64,000 bases of DNA, from NCBI GenBank assembly GCA_004431415.1, contig QPMI01000428.1, forward strand, positions 248,001-312,000. Reading direction: 5' to 3'. The notes under the pieces are model-generated. The model worked only from the letters and a program-made list of their open reading frames with translations, was not told where the DNA came from and ran no database searches. The position numbers were made by a program, and so were the translations under genes. This DNA is from Cyanophora paradoxa CCMP329 (lineage: Eukaryota > Plantae > Glaucophyta). The number at the start of each line of letters is the position of its first letter. Position 1 is the stretch's first letter. Below, one piece after another: positions 39,247 through 50,600 of this stretch.

Positions 39247-41359
39247 ATGGCGGTCGCGATCGACCAGCTGCCCCAAGTCATTCTGTGCCAAATTCTCGAG
39301 GGCCCTCAGTTGCAGCCTGCGGCCGCCGCGCGCGCAGTCTGCCGCAGCTGGCGAGAGACAGTCGAGGCAATTGTGTGGCGCCGGGTGGACGTCGATGTGC
39401 GGAGCGCGGAGAGCGCAAATCTTCTTTCAAGCCAGCTGATATATACCGGCGTTCAAGGAAACGTGAACCCCGCCCGCGGCGTTGACCATGATTCCGACGT
39501 TGCCGAAGGCGAGGCTGCAGCTGGCGCCGGCAAGAACCTTCATTTACGCCGGCGGTGGATCCGCATTGCTCCTGGGGCGTCGCTGTGCCTGCGGGTTATT
39601 TGCAAGGGATCGCGCGCCGCTCCGGTTCTGTCGGTAGAGGCTTTTCAAGCCGCCGCATCGCTCGTATCGGCGTGCGCGGCGGCGAGTGGCGCGGGCGGAC
39701 TCAGCGAAATTGACGTCGAGTACAAGTGCAATTCATCTACGTATACGCGCGACTGCAGATGCTTCGGCGCCCTGCTCGGTGCCCTCGTGCCGCTCCGGAC
39801 GTCGACGCCCGCCAGCTCCGCTCTAGATCTTCGGAGCCTTGCGGTGCGGTGCGCCTGCAACTGCTTGTGCTGCAGCTTCTCTCGATCCCCGAATCCAACA
39901 CTCGACCTCGAGGCCTCGCTCGGCTGCTTCCAGAACCTCGAGAGCATCTCCTTGCCCCCGTGCTGGCCCGTCGATCAAGCCGCCGCCACCGCCCTCGCGC
40001 GTTGTTTTCCACGGCTTAAGTGGGTCCGCTCTCTAGATCTCTCCTTGGAATTCGCAGCCTCCATTATGGAATTTTTAGGGGCGGCCGCAGGTGCAAATGT
40101 ACATGACTGCTACTACGAGGGACTGCTTGGCTGGACGAGGCTTGGCTGCCCTCAAATCCCTCGAGTACCTCAAGATCCTCGATTACAATTACGGCTGCCA
40201 GCCGCTGGAAAGTTTGATCGTGGACCTCGCCTCGGGCCCCGCCGGCCGCTCCCTCAATGAGTGCGCAGCGGCACCACTGCTGTGGCCCTGTAGACGTAGC
40301 GGCCGTGCATTCGGAAAATAAGGCGCGAAAATTACACCCCGCAGGCTCCGGATCTGCTGCAACGGTACCACGGCCGCGGTTCTCTCCAGTGATGCTCTTC
40401 GCGCTCTTCCGCGGCTCGCCGCTCTGCAGTGCTTCCACGGACCATTCACGGTCCGCCCTTCATTTTAGCCACTTCAATAAGCGAATTTATTGAATGAAGC
40501 GAATTCGACCGCAGCTCAATTTGGACGTCCGCTCTGGTGATTTGGAGGCGCTAGGCGCATGTCAAGCGCTCCGCAGTGTTGGGTCGCTGCTCTTGGGAGA
40601 CGATTTCAATGAAGACTACGGGATCCCCGCGCTCTCGCTCAACGGCGGCCTCGTGGACCTCGCGGCGGCCTTCACGCGGTCCACTTCCCTGACGGAGGTC
40701 GACCTGCGCATGAGTGCGCGTCTAATTTGCGCGTGCCGGAACTCTCTTCCGGATCCGCCTTGCAGCCATATGCATTATGATATAATGAACGACGCAGGCA
40801 CGGCGCCACAGCCAAAAGCGCTGGCGGCGCTCGCCCGCGCAGCCCGCGGCCGCGGGCGCCTCTCCCTCGAAATGCCGGTCCTCGTGGACCCGAACTGGGG
40901 TCCCGAGCCCGCGGAGCTCGCCGCGGCACTGGCCGCCTTCGAATTTCCGCCCCGCCGCCTCGTCCTGCTGGTCCGCGTCTCCGAGGAGGCCCAGGAGTCC
41001 GGATGGCTGGACGGCCTCTCGGCCTTCGCCGGCTGCTCGGAGGACATCGAGGTGCGAGCACGAGGCGACAAGCTTTCTCTAATTCATCATTCAAATCGAA
41101 CACTTGCACTAAATTGCGGAACTTGAAATTCTCGCAGGTCCGCCTTGAACGAATCCAATATTTGTCGACGTTCAGCATCCGCGGCCGCCATGAGCGGGGC
41201 CCAGATCCGGGTCCGGATAAGGAAGCCATTCGGGCGGCGGCGGCCAAAGCCCTCCCCTCCGCCCGCGTTGTCCCCTCTATTGCTAGCTGTGCCTCGATCC
41301 GCATTCTCCACACGCGTTGTCGTCGCTCGGGAACCGCTCGAATTCAGAAATATCGCTAG
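39247..41359 (+). CDS. F-box/LRR-like protein, paralog of the 10008-12890 gene
   Basis: F-box IDQLPQVILCQIL...ARAVCRSWRETVE. LRR-like LGCFQNLESISL, LARCFPRLK, LAALKSLEYLKI. LASGPAGRSL matches IADGAAGKSL in the other gene. Confidence 0.8.
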
Positions 41360-41643
41360 ATATTTTTCTAGCTTCATAATCAGCGCCGGTCGTGCTTTGC
41401 GCTCTACTGTACACAAGGAAATTTTCTACGAATACGAATCGAGTGTTGCGGTCACCGGGTCAAATCGGCCGTCTAGAGAAACGACGTTCTCAGCGGTTGT
41501 CCCCAAATCACGAACCGAGTGCGTGCGTGTGCGGTCTTATAGGCCGCCTCCATCTGGAGGGCCGAGGAACGACGGGCTTTATTCATCGATATCATGAATT
41601 AGCTACAGCTATTCATTATTGACACCAGGATGACTGATCATGG

Positions 41644-44600
41644 CTATGTCGAGATATCGATTGGCTTAACATCGGGTGCAGCTGGTAGAATCAGGTCGGG
41701 CCCGGATCGGGGATCGATTGCGGAGCCGTTGGAGTTGATGGGGAGGGGCATGTATGCCGGAAACGTTGCATCGGCGAGGGTGCGGAACTCGGCCTTCGAA
41801 GCTGGCGACGTTCCCGCGGAGCTGGTGACAGTAGCCGTGCAGCTGTAAGGCGTGTCCGGAGGAAGACTGCTGAAGTAGAACTCAGCCAGGACAAGCTGAG
41901 GCAGGACGTTCGTGTAAGCTGTCCGTGTCGCAAAGTAGCATTCCGATACGAGTGGAGGCTGGATGAGGCTGCTCTCCTTGAATAGATACGGCTTGCTGGA
42001 TATCTTCATCTTCTCCTGACCTCGCAGTGCCCCCGTTGAGCCCTGCAGGGGCAGGCATTCGAGGTCTGCGGTCGTTGGCACGGCGTCGCCGCTGAATGTG
42101 TTGAGAACGTAGACCGTGAGCTCCTGACGCTTGCTGGACCGGGGATCCCATTTCCGGATTGGACCGGCAAACGGGTTGTACGCCCCGAACGCAAAGGGCT
42201 CGTTCGTATGGGTGGATGCTCTCAAGACTGGAGCGGCCGGAGCCGCGGGTGCCTGGTTTTGCTGCAGCGATATCCTTCCGGCGGCGGCGCCAACGAATTT
42301 GCTGCACGTAGAGGCCTGGGAGCGGTTCGTTCTCTCTGCAGTCCCGTAGGTGCTCGACAGCTCCTCGTCATTGAACGTTCTAGATACGAGATTGCATGCT
42401 GATCGCAGAAGCGCGTCCCTGCCAATGTCCATTATTCGCAGGGCCAGGGCTCCATTCCGATCATTGTGCCGGAGAGCAAGGTAGCGTCTAGGCGATCGCG
42501 AAATCAGTAACTACGGCAATCGCAACCGAAATTAAACTCACCCGTCATTACTGATTGAAGCAAATGCAGGGACCACACCGGCCTTGCTCACGTAAGCAGA
42601 GTCAATGGGAATCGCCCTCGCTTTGTGGAAAGCACGCTCTCCGTCCTCCAAGTCAGCGACGATGAGCTGCCTCACGGATGTCCACGCGACAATGAACCGC
42701 CCTGCACAAATCGAGGCAGAGGTCAGATTAAATTAAAGCCTATATATGACGGTGACGGTCGATCGTGACGCACCGTTCTTTGATACCCTGGGCGTGTATT
42801 TGCCAAATTTAAACTGGAATGAATTATCAGATCCGTTGGTACTGCCAAAAGAATTTGCTGGAATTGTTCCGGTGCCATTGAAGTGCAACTTTTCCAGCTG
42901 AGACGTCGAATTAAACATCCGTGCCGAGACAGCATCCACAATCCACAACACGTCGTGATTTGTTTTGGAAACGTAGATGCTGCAGTCCACTGTGGCAAGC
43001 GTTAAGTCGGAAAGAAAGGGTAAAGGGCTTTATTTAAAATCTTCTGATAATGAAAGGCTGACCGAAAGAAGGGCCATCGCGCGTGTTTCTGATCAATCGA
43101 TTTTTGCCGTTCGAATAGGAAAACGTGTATGGGCGTAGTGATAGGTCGGGGTCGAAATTCGCAACCAAAGAGAAGTCGAGCAACGCATCTCCTGAATCCG
43201 GAGGAAACAATTGCAAAGTATGTGAATCGCTAGTTCAGGGCTTTGAACAAAACGAGAACTTGGGAACCGGTTTGCTGTAGAATTTGGACGTACTCGCCAC
43301 TAGGCTTGACGACGAGGACCACCTGACGCATGTCCACCACGAATGCGTTTTCCGAAGGCCAGTATATCATCCTCCGGCACGTCCTCAGGGGTGCCCCGGC
43401 CCACGCAGGTATAACCGGCTTCCATGGCATTGCCCACTGGGCCTTGAATCGCGAGTATTGTGATCAGTTTCGAGTCTCGAGACCCTTCAGCTTCTACAAT
43501 GTGCGCACCGACTGGTAGGAAGCGAATGCAATGATGACTGTCTCTGCTCCCTCGCTGACTCCAGTGAGGCTACTCCCGCCTCTCTCCCAGGATGCCGGAC
43601 AAGGCAAGTTCCAATTCGAACACGTTGGCGCCGTCGCGATCGTGCGGTCCTCAGGCGTAAAGAAGAATTGTTCAAAGGACAGTTTCTCGTCAAACAGCAC
43701 GGAGAACGAGCTAAAACAGAACGCGGCTGTAGTCCCGTCGTTCGAGAAGGCAGCCGCATGCTGCACATCTGTGCCAAGATGAGTCTCGATTTCAAGCCGC
43801 GTGCAGCACTTGCAATCTCGATCTGAAAGCACACCGGAAAGATCGACATGGATGTTGTAGTCGATGTTGAATTTGCGCGCACATAAAGACTCTTCACAAA
43901 GTACTCCTCCATTAGGCAAAATTGGAACTCTCTGGTCGGCGAGGTTATTCTGTTCGAGCTTGTACTTCATTGTGTCTGCCTTCCACCGGAGAAGTGCTGC
44001 TGAAGGCTGGGGGATGAACAGCTGTCGAAGGGAGGGGTCCATCTCAAATATGCCCCGCGCACGATTAGCGTCCGGTATTCCCTACATGCGATTCACTGAT
44101 GTGAGCCAACTGGGAAGCTTCTTCAGTGAACAAGAAACACCAGACACCTGGATCAGCGGGTAGAGAACTCCAGCCAAGGCTGCCCACTCGCCTGAAAACG
44201 CCAGGGGCTCGAAGGGCTCAGATGGGTTTGGAAAGAAGTTATGGTGGTGACCCCCCAGAGATCCAGACACCGTCGGATGAACCTGATCGGCACCCTTTGG
44301 GAACGTAGCAAAGCTGGTGGCATTGAACTCCGAGACTGAAGATGCGAATGGCTCAAAAGACCCTGGAATGTGCACAAAAAAGTCCAATCCGTCGTAGGTC
44401 ACTTGCTTTTTGGTCGCGGCTGTCCATGGAAGTACGGAGGCGTCCGTTTTCCAGGTCCTAATCCAGGTACATTCCAGGATTACAAATGCGGTAGATCTAG
44501 ATGCAAAATGATCATGGATTGTATAAGAATAGCTTATAATTACCACGACGCCGAAGGCGAGAGCGTAGATGGATGCACGCATCCGCTCCCCGACGTTGCA

Positions 44601-47600
44601 TATAAAGTACCGCCAGCGGCGTGAAGAGCCATCAAGTTGCCTGAAGGACCGTGCTCTCCAAAAACTGCATGCGATGTTTCGATAAAAGCAGCGTCCCACA
44701 CAAACCTACTAATTATTAGAGCGATTCGCTTACATCGATATCTGTGGGCTTGGTCGTTGCAGTCTGGGCACTGCTCGATGGGGTCCCTCACCGGTGCGCT
44801 GTAGATTCGGCTTTGATTAGCGATTTCTGTCTTCACAATTCACACTCGCGATAGCACCTCCGTGTGGAGTCAAGCGTGTGTTGCATCGTTAAGAGCTGCA
44901 TGCCCTTGACAACCTGCATAGGCTGCAGGCGTCGGATGGTGCTCGGTCCATCTGCATCCCAGTACGCTCCCTGCGCGGATCGTGAGTCTGTAAATATCCC
45001 CGGATCGTGAGTCTGTAAAAATATAGACCTTCGGCTGGCTGACTGCTACGAAATGGCACTTGGTAAAAACGCCGCTGTGCAAAAGAATCACACCGCAGTT
45101 CCAGCATGCAGGCATGCAGCGATTGCTCACCTGTTTGGACCCAGTATGTCGCGAAAGGATACGTCTGATTTATCGAAAACGCTAAGGAGCGGGACATTGG
45201 CAAGGAGCTCATTACTTGCAACAGTGACAGCAATCGCGCCATCATATAGCGCCGGGCTCTGAACGGTGCCAGTTCGCATTAAAAGCGATAATGATAACGA
45301 AAGGCAAGTTGCTATAACGATCATGATCACCTGTGCGTGGACGGATTTCACGTCGAGCCTATTTCCCAGAGGGGTCTGAGCAAAGTTGCCTTCTTCGTCA
45401 CCGGAAATCAACAAGCTCTGGCCATTTTCCGTCAGGGACATCACAGACAAAATAGAGCCACTGAGTGGCTTGATTTCTTCCTGCGGGAAAAATGTGTCGA
45501 CTCGCAGGATCGAGGCTGAACCGCAGGTTAAAAGAAGACATGCTTACGCGTTCCACCCTAAACAAAGAATTCGCAGGCCGTATATCGTGCACGACGGCTT
45601 TTCCGCTCTCAAGACCCGAGACTAGAAACGGTCCTTGCCCTAGCAACCGGACCTGGCAATAAAGAGACGCTCAGGACATGCGATTACTGATAATAATTTA
45701 ATAGTAGCCTACCGCCATCGCACGCCGCCTGAGGTCGAATGGGGAGCCTGTGTAGGGCAAACCGCAGCCAAGCTCAGCCACAACCCTGCACATGGTTTCA
45801 TATCCGGACAGATCTGGAACAGCGTGCGCCGACAAACCAGTAATTTTGCGCAGATTCCGCGGCAGCTTCAAGAGGCATGAATACGATTTGGTGCTTCACA
45901 CATGACTGCCGAACTTTATCCTGCTCTGAAGCATGAACTCCTTTCCTCAGCATGACCGCGCCAACGCCGTTCGTAGTGTAACCGTACTTCACGTCAAACT
46001 GCGTGACAAGTTGATATAAAGCGGCCAAGCTCAAGCTAAAGAGGCCGCTTGAACTCGAGAAGCTTACTGATTTCGGATCCTCATTGATCTCCGCCAAGCC
46101 AAGAAGAATGATGTCTGGCGGTATACGTAGTTTTATGATCAGAAGAAATGCATGAGGAATCTAGATCTGCAATCAAGAAGAAATGGACCGGGATCTGGCG
46201 CTCGCAGACCAAACGATGCATCTCGGAAAGATGGGTTGCTAGCTTTGGTGAATTGATGCGGCTCGAACTGCATATATGATGCCACGTATGTTCTGTATGT
46301 GAAAGTCTCGTAATCAAAGTATCCACTCTCGATGTATCGTCTTTCAGAATTCCACGGGGTGATGGATGCGTAATTTCTGACGGATGCGTCGTTCGGGAAT
46401 CGCATAGTCATTTGCTCCGTTATAGTAACCGTGTCCAGATTGTTGCACGATGTCTCATTGAAAAGATTGCAGTATTGCTTTCGACTACGAGTCACTTGAG
46501 GCTGGTCGTGGATGCCAGGTCGGATGGGAAGTGGAACATAGGTGGTGAACACCCTAAAGGACTGATGATCAAAACTCCCGGCGTCGTAATCAATTAAATT
46601 TCCATCTTGCCGAATAACACCTGATTGCAATAGGCGTTAATCAAACGTCGAGCAGCCGGAGTATTCTGACAATCTGCATACCGACAACCGTCGAGCAATC
46701 TTTCCATACAGACAAGTCCGAAATTCCGAACGAGGCAAACGTTGAAGCGTATAGATGCGCCTTCGTTTGTCCGTTAAATGATTGCGAAGGCTGCCGGCCA
46801 GTGATGACAACCTTGAGCGCATCGATGTTTGATATAAATCTCGCCAGGCTCGCCTGAATCTCGATATTTGACTTGCTGCTCAAAACATTCACTGGAAGAA
46901 AGAAGAAGCTGCCCTCGCCAGCGATGACAACATAGTCGGAGCCATCATTACGGCACGTCTTCGGCGCAAAGCCGAAACCGCCGGGATAAGGATACGCCGC
47001 GTCATAGATGCTGGACGGATGGTTTGGTGTCGATGAGTAGGAGATAAAGGAGTCGGGGGGGTCGGGATTCTTCGGATAGGCCGCCAGAGGATCGGCACCA
47101 GCAAAGATATCATCCATCAGCGCTGCAGATTTCCACCCAACGGCTACGAAATGGCAAAGATCGGGGCTGCATTTTAAAGGCTTCAGCTCGGAAATATGCA
47201 TATGATCGCTTAAGCTTGACATGCTTATACACGTTTCACTTGCCTGTTCGGAATGTATCCTGGAATCGGAGCACTGGAACGATCTTCGAAGGAAAGCCGT
47301 CCCTGGAATATGCGAAGACTTGTGCGGAACTTGCGAGGTGCGAGGCATGTGTCCGGGTTCATCTCGATGCATTCCATGGGCCTAGTGCATGCGAAGACGC
47401 TGCGCCAGGGCTCTTCTAGCCGATGACTCTCCCAGCCTGCAGGTGCAGCGCTCAGCGATCGCGATCAACTGCAGCGCTGTTGCATGTGCACCTTTCCAAA
47501 CGCCCTCCCAGGTGTAATCCGCTCTTGGTAAATCTCTGTGTCCCGCGAACACGCCCTTCGGAAAAGCCCACAAAATACTGCCCCCGAACTCCTCCCGGCT

Positions 47601-50600
47601 GAACTCGCGATCTACTGAAGCTGTTATCGGCACTGTCCCTCGCGAAAGCGAATAGCGGTATGCGACTGCATCGCCGGTCAGAACGGCGATGAAGTTGTTG
47701 CCTGCGAGCGCCCATATGCATGTCAGCCAATGCTCCAAGCCATCCTTTACGGCAATCGAACTCGAGCTATCTCACCGACAAACACGTCGTGAACGTCTAG
47801 CAAGAAGGTTCCCGCGTCGTTGTCTTGCTTCTGAAGGCAGCCCCTCTTGCGCTGCTGCTGCTTCGAATAGAAAACGAGCATTCCAGTTGTGCGGGGAAGG
47901 CATCCAATGCCAGTCACAACTTCTGCATCCTGGCATACAGGCTTTTCAAAGCCCATTCGCCTAAGGGCGAGTGCGTTCAACGGTTAAAACTCGAACTTCG
48001 ACCGCAATCGCAATCGGAACTTGGCAAGTCAAACGAACCTCACGTGCAATATGACGTATCCGTAATTATCAACAAAGAGTCGCAGCGAACTAAGATAGTA
48101 CGGCCAGAAGCTCGTTCTGTTTGCGGATCCGACGAGCGTGTCCTCCACAGAATATTGCAGCCTCATTTCCTTATCAAATACTTGGCAGAGGAGCTTTAGC
48201 TGAGGTGCACAATCGCGTGAGCAAACGCAATTTTTCAGCAGATTCGCATAAGCGATAACCTGAAAAGTCTCCGCCGGGTCGCTGACGAAAGGATTTAAGA
48301 TAGGCGAGCGGACGCTCGTAGGGGCAACAATGCCGGCCGCTGCAAGAAGAATGAACTCTCCGGAAGGCGAGACGGCCGAGAACGTCTGCGGACGACTTTA
48401 AGCACTGAACGTTTGCATCGTGTTTATGCATTATAGCGTGTGCTGTGGCCCACCTGGAAATCGAAGAATACTGAGCTGGCGAATTCCTTGATGGTGATCA
48501 CGTCTTCTGCTGGTGTAGAGGCTTTGAGTGCGCGCCTGCCCCCTGAGCCGGTTGCCTTGCCCGTCCAGATGAACTTTGCGCTGCTCTTCTCATTGATTTC
48601 CCGCAACGTCAACTCCGCCGTCGCAGCGAAATCTTCGAGTTTTTGCGCAGAAGAAGACCCCATGGCTTCAAGCCCGAACAGGAGTCCCAGTTCAGGATCC
48701 GTATTAGACGCCGAGACCGCGGCAGACACGCTGCAGACAGGTGATCATGAAAACGATATGAATATTTGCAAAAAGCGGAACGAAGCAAGATCTGTCCTAC
48801 CTGACAGCATCCTCGGCTCTTCCCCGCTGTAGAACCGCAACCTATCGACCATGATCATGTAATGATTGCGCTCCCGCTTGCATAGCGCTCACTTCTCTCT
48901 GCGCGTTTGCTTCGTTTCTCTGCAATATAGCCTCCGCTTCTTGCTTCTTGGCCTCAGCTTCTTGCTTCTTGGCTTCTGCTTCTTGCTTCTTGGCTTCCGC
49001 TTCTTGCTTTTTGGCCTCAGCTTCTTGCCTCTTTGCTTCTTCGCCCTGTCGTATGGCTTCTGCTTCCTGCCTCTTCGCCTCTGCTTCCTGTCTTTGGGCC
49101 TCAGCCTTCTGAGCTTCCGCCTCCGCTCTCTGCTGCGAGGCGACAACTGACGTTGAACGATCAGTATATATGACAACAATGGACTCGTGAAGGCGACACG
49201 GACTCGCAAAGACCACAGCAGTGATAGCAGCAGCGAGAATTACTGCGCAGCGAGAAGTTGAAGTGGTGTTAGTTGTTCCGAAGCCACATGTGCGCACCAG
49301 TTGCAATCGCCAAGAAGATAAGGGTCCACCGTCGCTTAGTTGATATTTCCTTCTTGAGGCTTTGCCGAACCAGAACCTAAAGCGTTCGATCTCAGCGCGC
49401 TCAGCTGTAGGATCAATCTTTTTCTAACTCACGATGTGCTCTGGGGTTGGCTTGTGCTTGGAAGCCGCGACTGATTTCAAATACGTCTGATCCGTTTCCT
49501 TCTGCGCTTGAAGTTTCAGGAGACCTGTATATGTCGACGTCGATCTCGCAAACAGTTAATGACCTCTGAGGGCTTGAAGCAGCACGTGAGAACCGCAGGT
49601 ATACGCAAGTAATTCGCGAATTCCATGCTGAGACCACGTGTGTAATCAGGATTGCATGCTCGAAGCCATCTGTATGCCTCTTCCAAGACAGATCCCTGTA
49701 GGAGGGACCCCTTGGAAGCCTCGAGCATATCTTTCGAAATCTAAATCAAACACGGATCCGGATAAAAAATAAATTAGAGAGGGCAACTCATGCATTAGTA
49801 AAAGGCGCAGACCGACTTATCATTAGAGGGATCGTAGTTTTCGTCCCATGGAGACTCAGTTTTGAGAGCTGCAGATTTCATGAATAGAAAGAAAAGTTCA
49901 ATCGACTTCGTTTGCGACTGACCGGCTTTGTACTTCATCGACTGTTGCGTCAAATACGTATGCAGACGTGAAAGTTCAGGGTACAACTGAGAGTACAGGA
50001 TAAGGGGTCGGATCGCAGATTTCTCAGCGCCGGATATCAATAAAGCTTGCCTGAATGGCGTCTTTGATATCTTTCCAATGTTTCACGAAAGCGTCGACGT
50101 CGAGATTCGCATCGTTGGAAATCATGGGTACCGCGTTTTGCGCATTGGGCTTGCTTTGGAATTCCTTCCATTTGCTCTGAAGAGGCGCGTAATAGTTCTC
50201 TATAAGCGGGTCGAGCTTTTGTGCTGGCAGCAGTCTTCCGACATATTCCTTGAAAACGCTGTCTAATCTCTCAGCTGTCTCCTTCTCGGACAAGTTTTTC
50301 TTCTTCGCCTCTGCATCAGCGGTCGCTTTCCTGGTATTCAGCTCCTGATCATTTTTCAGCGAATCCTTGAGATAGTTCGATAGAAGCGTCTTCAAATCAT
50401 GAAAATCGATTTTCTGCCTGCAGAGATGCTTTGAGCGAACGCCATCTGTGTGCAACTACCGCAAGAACCTTCGTACCATGCGAGAATAGCCTGCCAATAA
50501 ACCGAAGATACGTTTACGTAGTTGGTATAATTTCATCGCACCAGCGGCAAATGTGCATGCGTACCTGGAGATCCATTTTCTGTCGACTGCAGTAATATAT

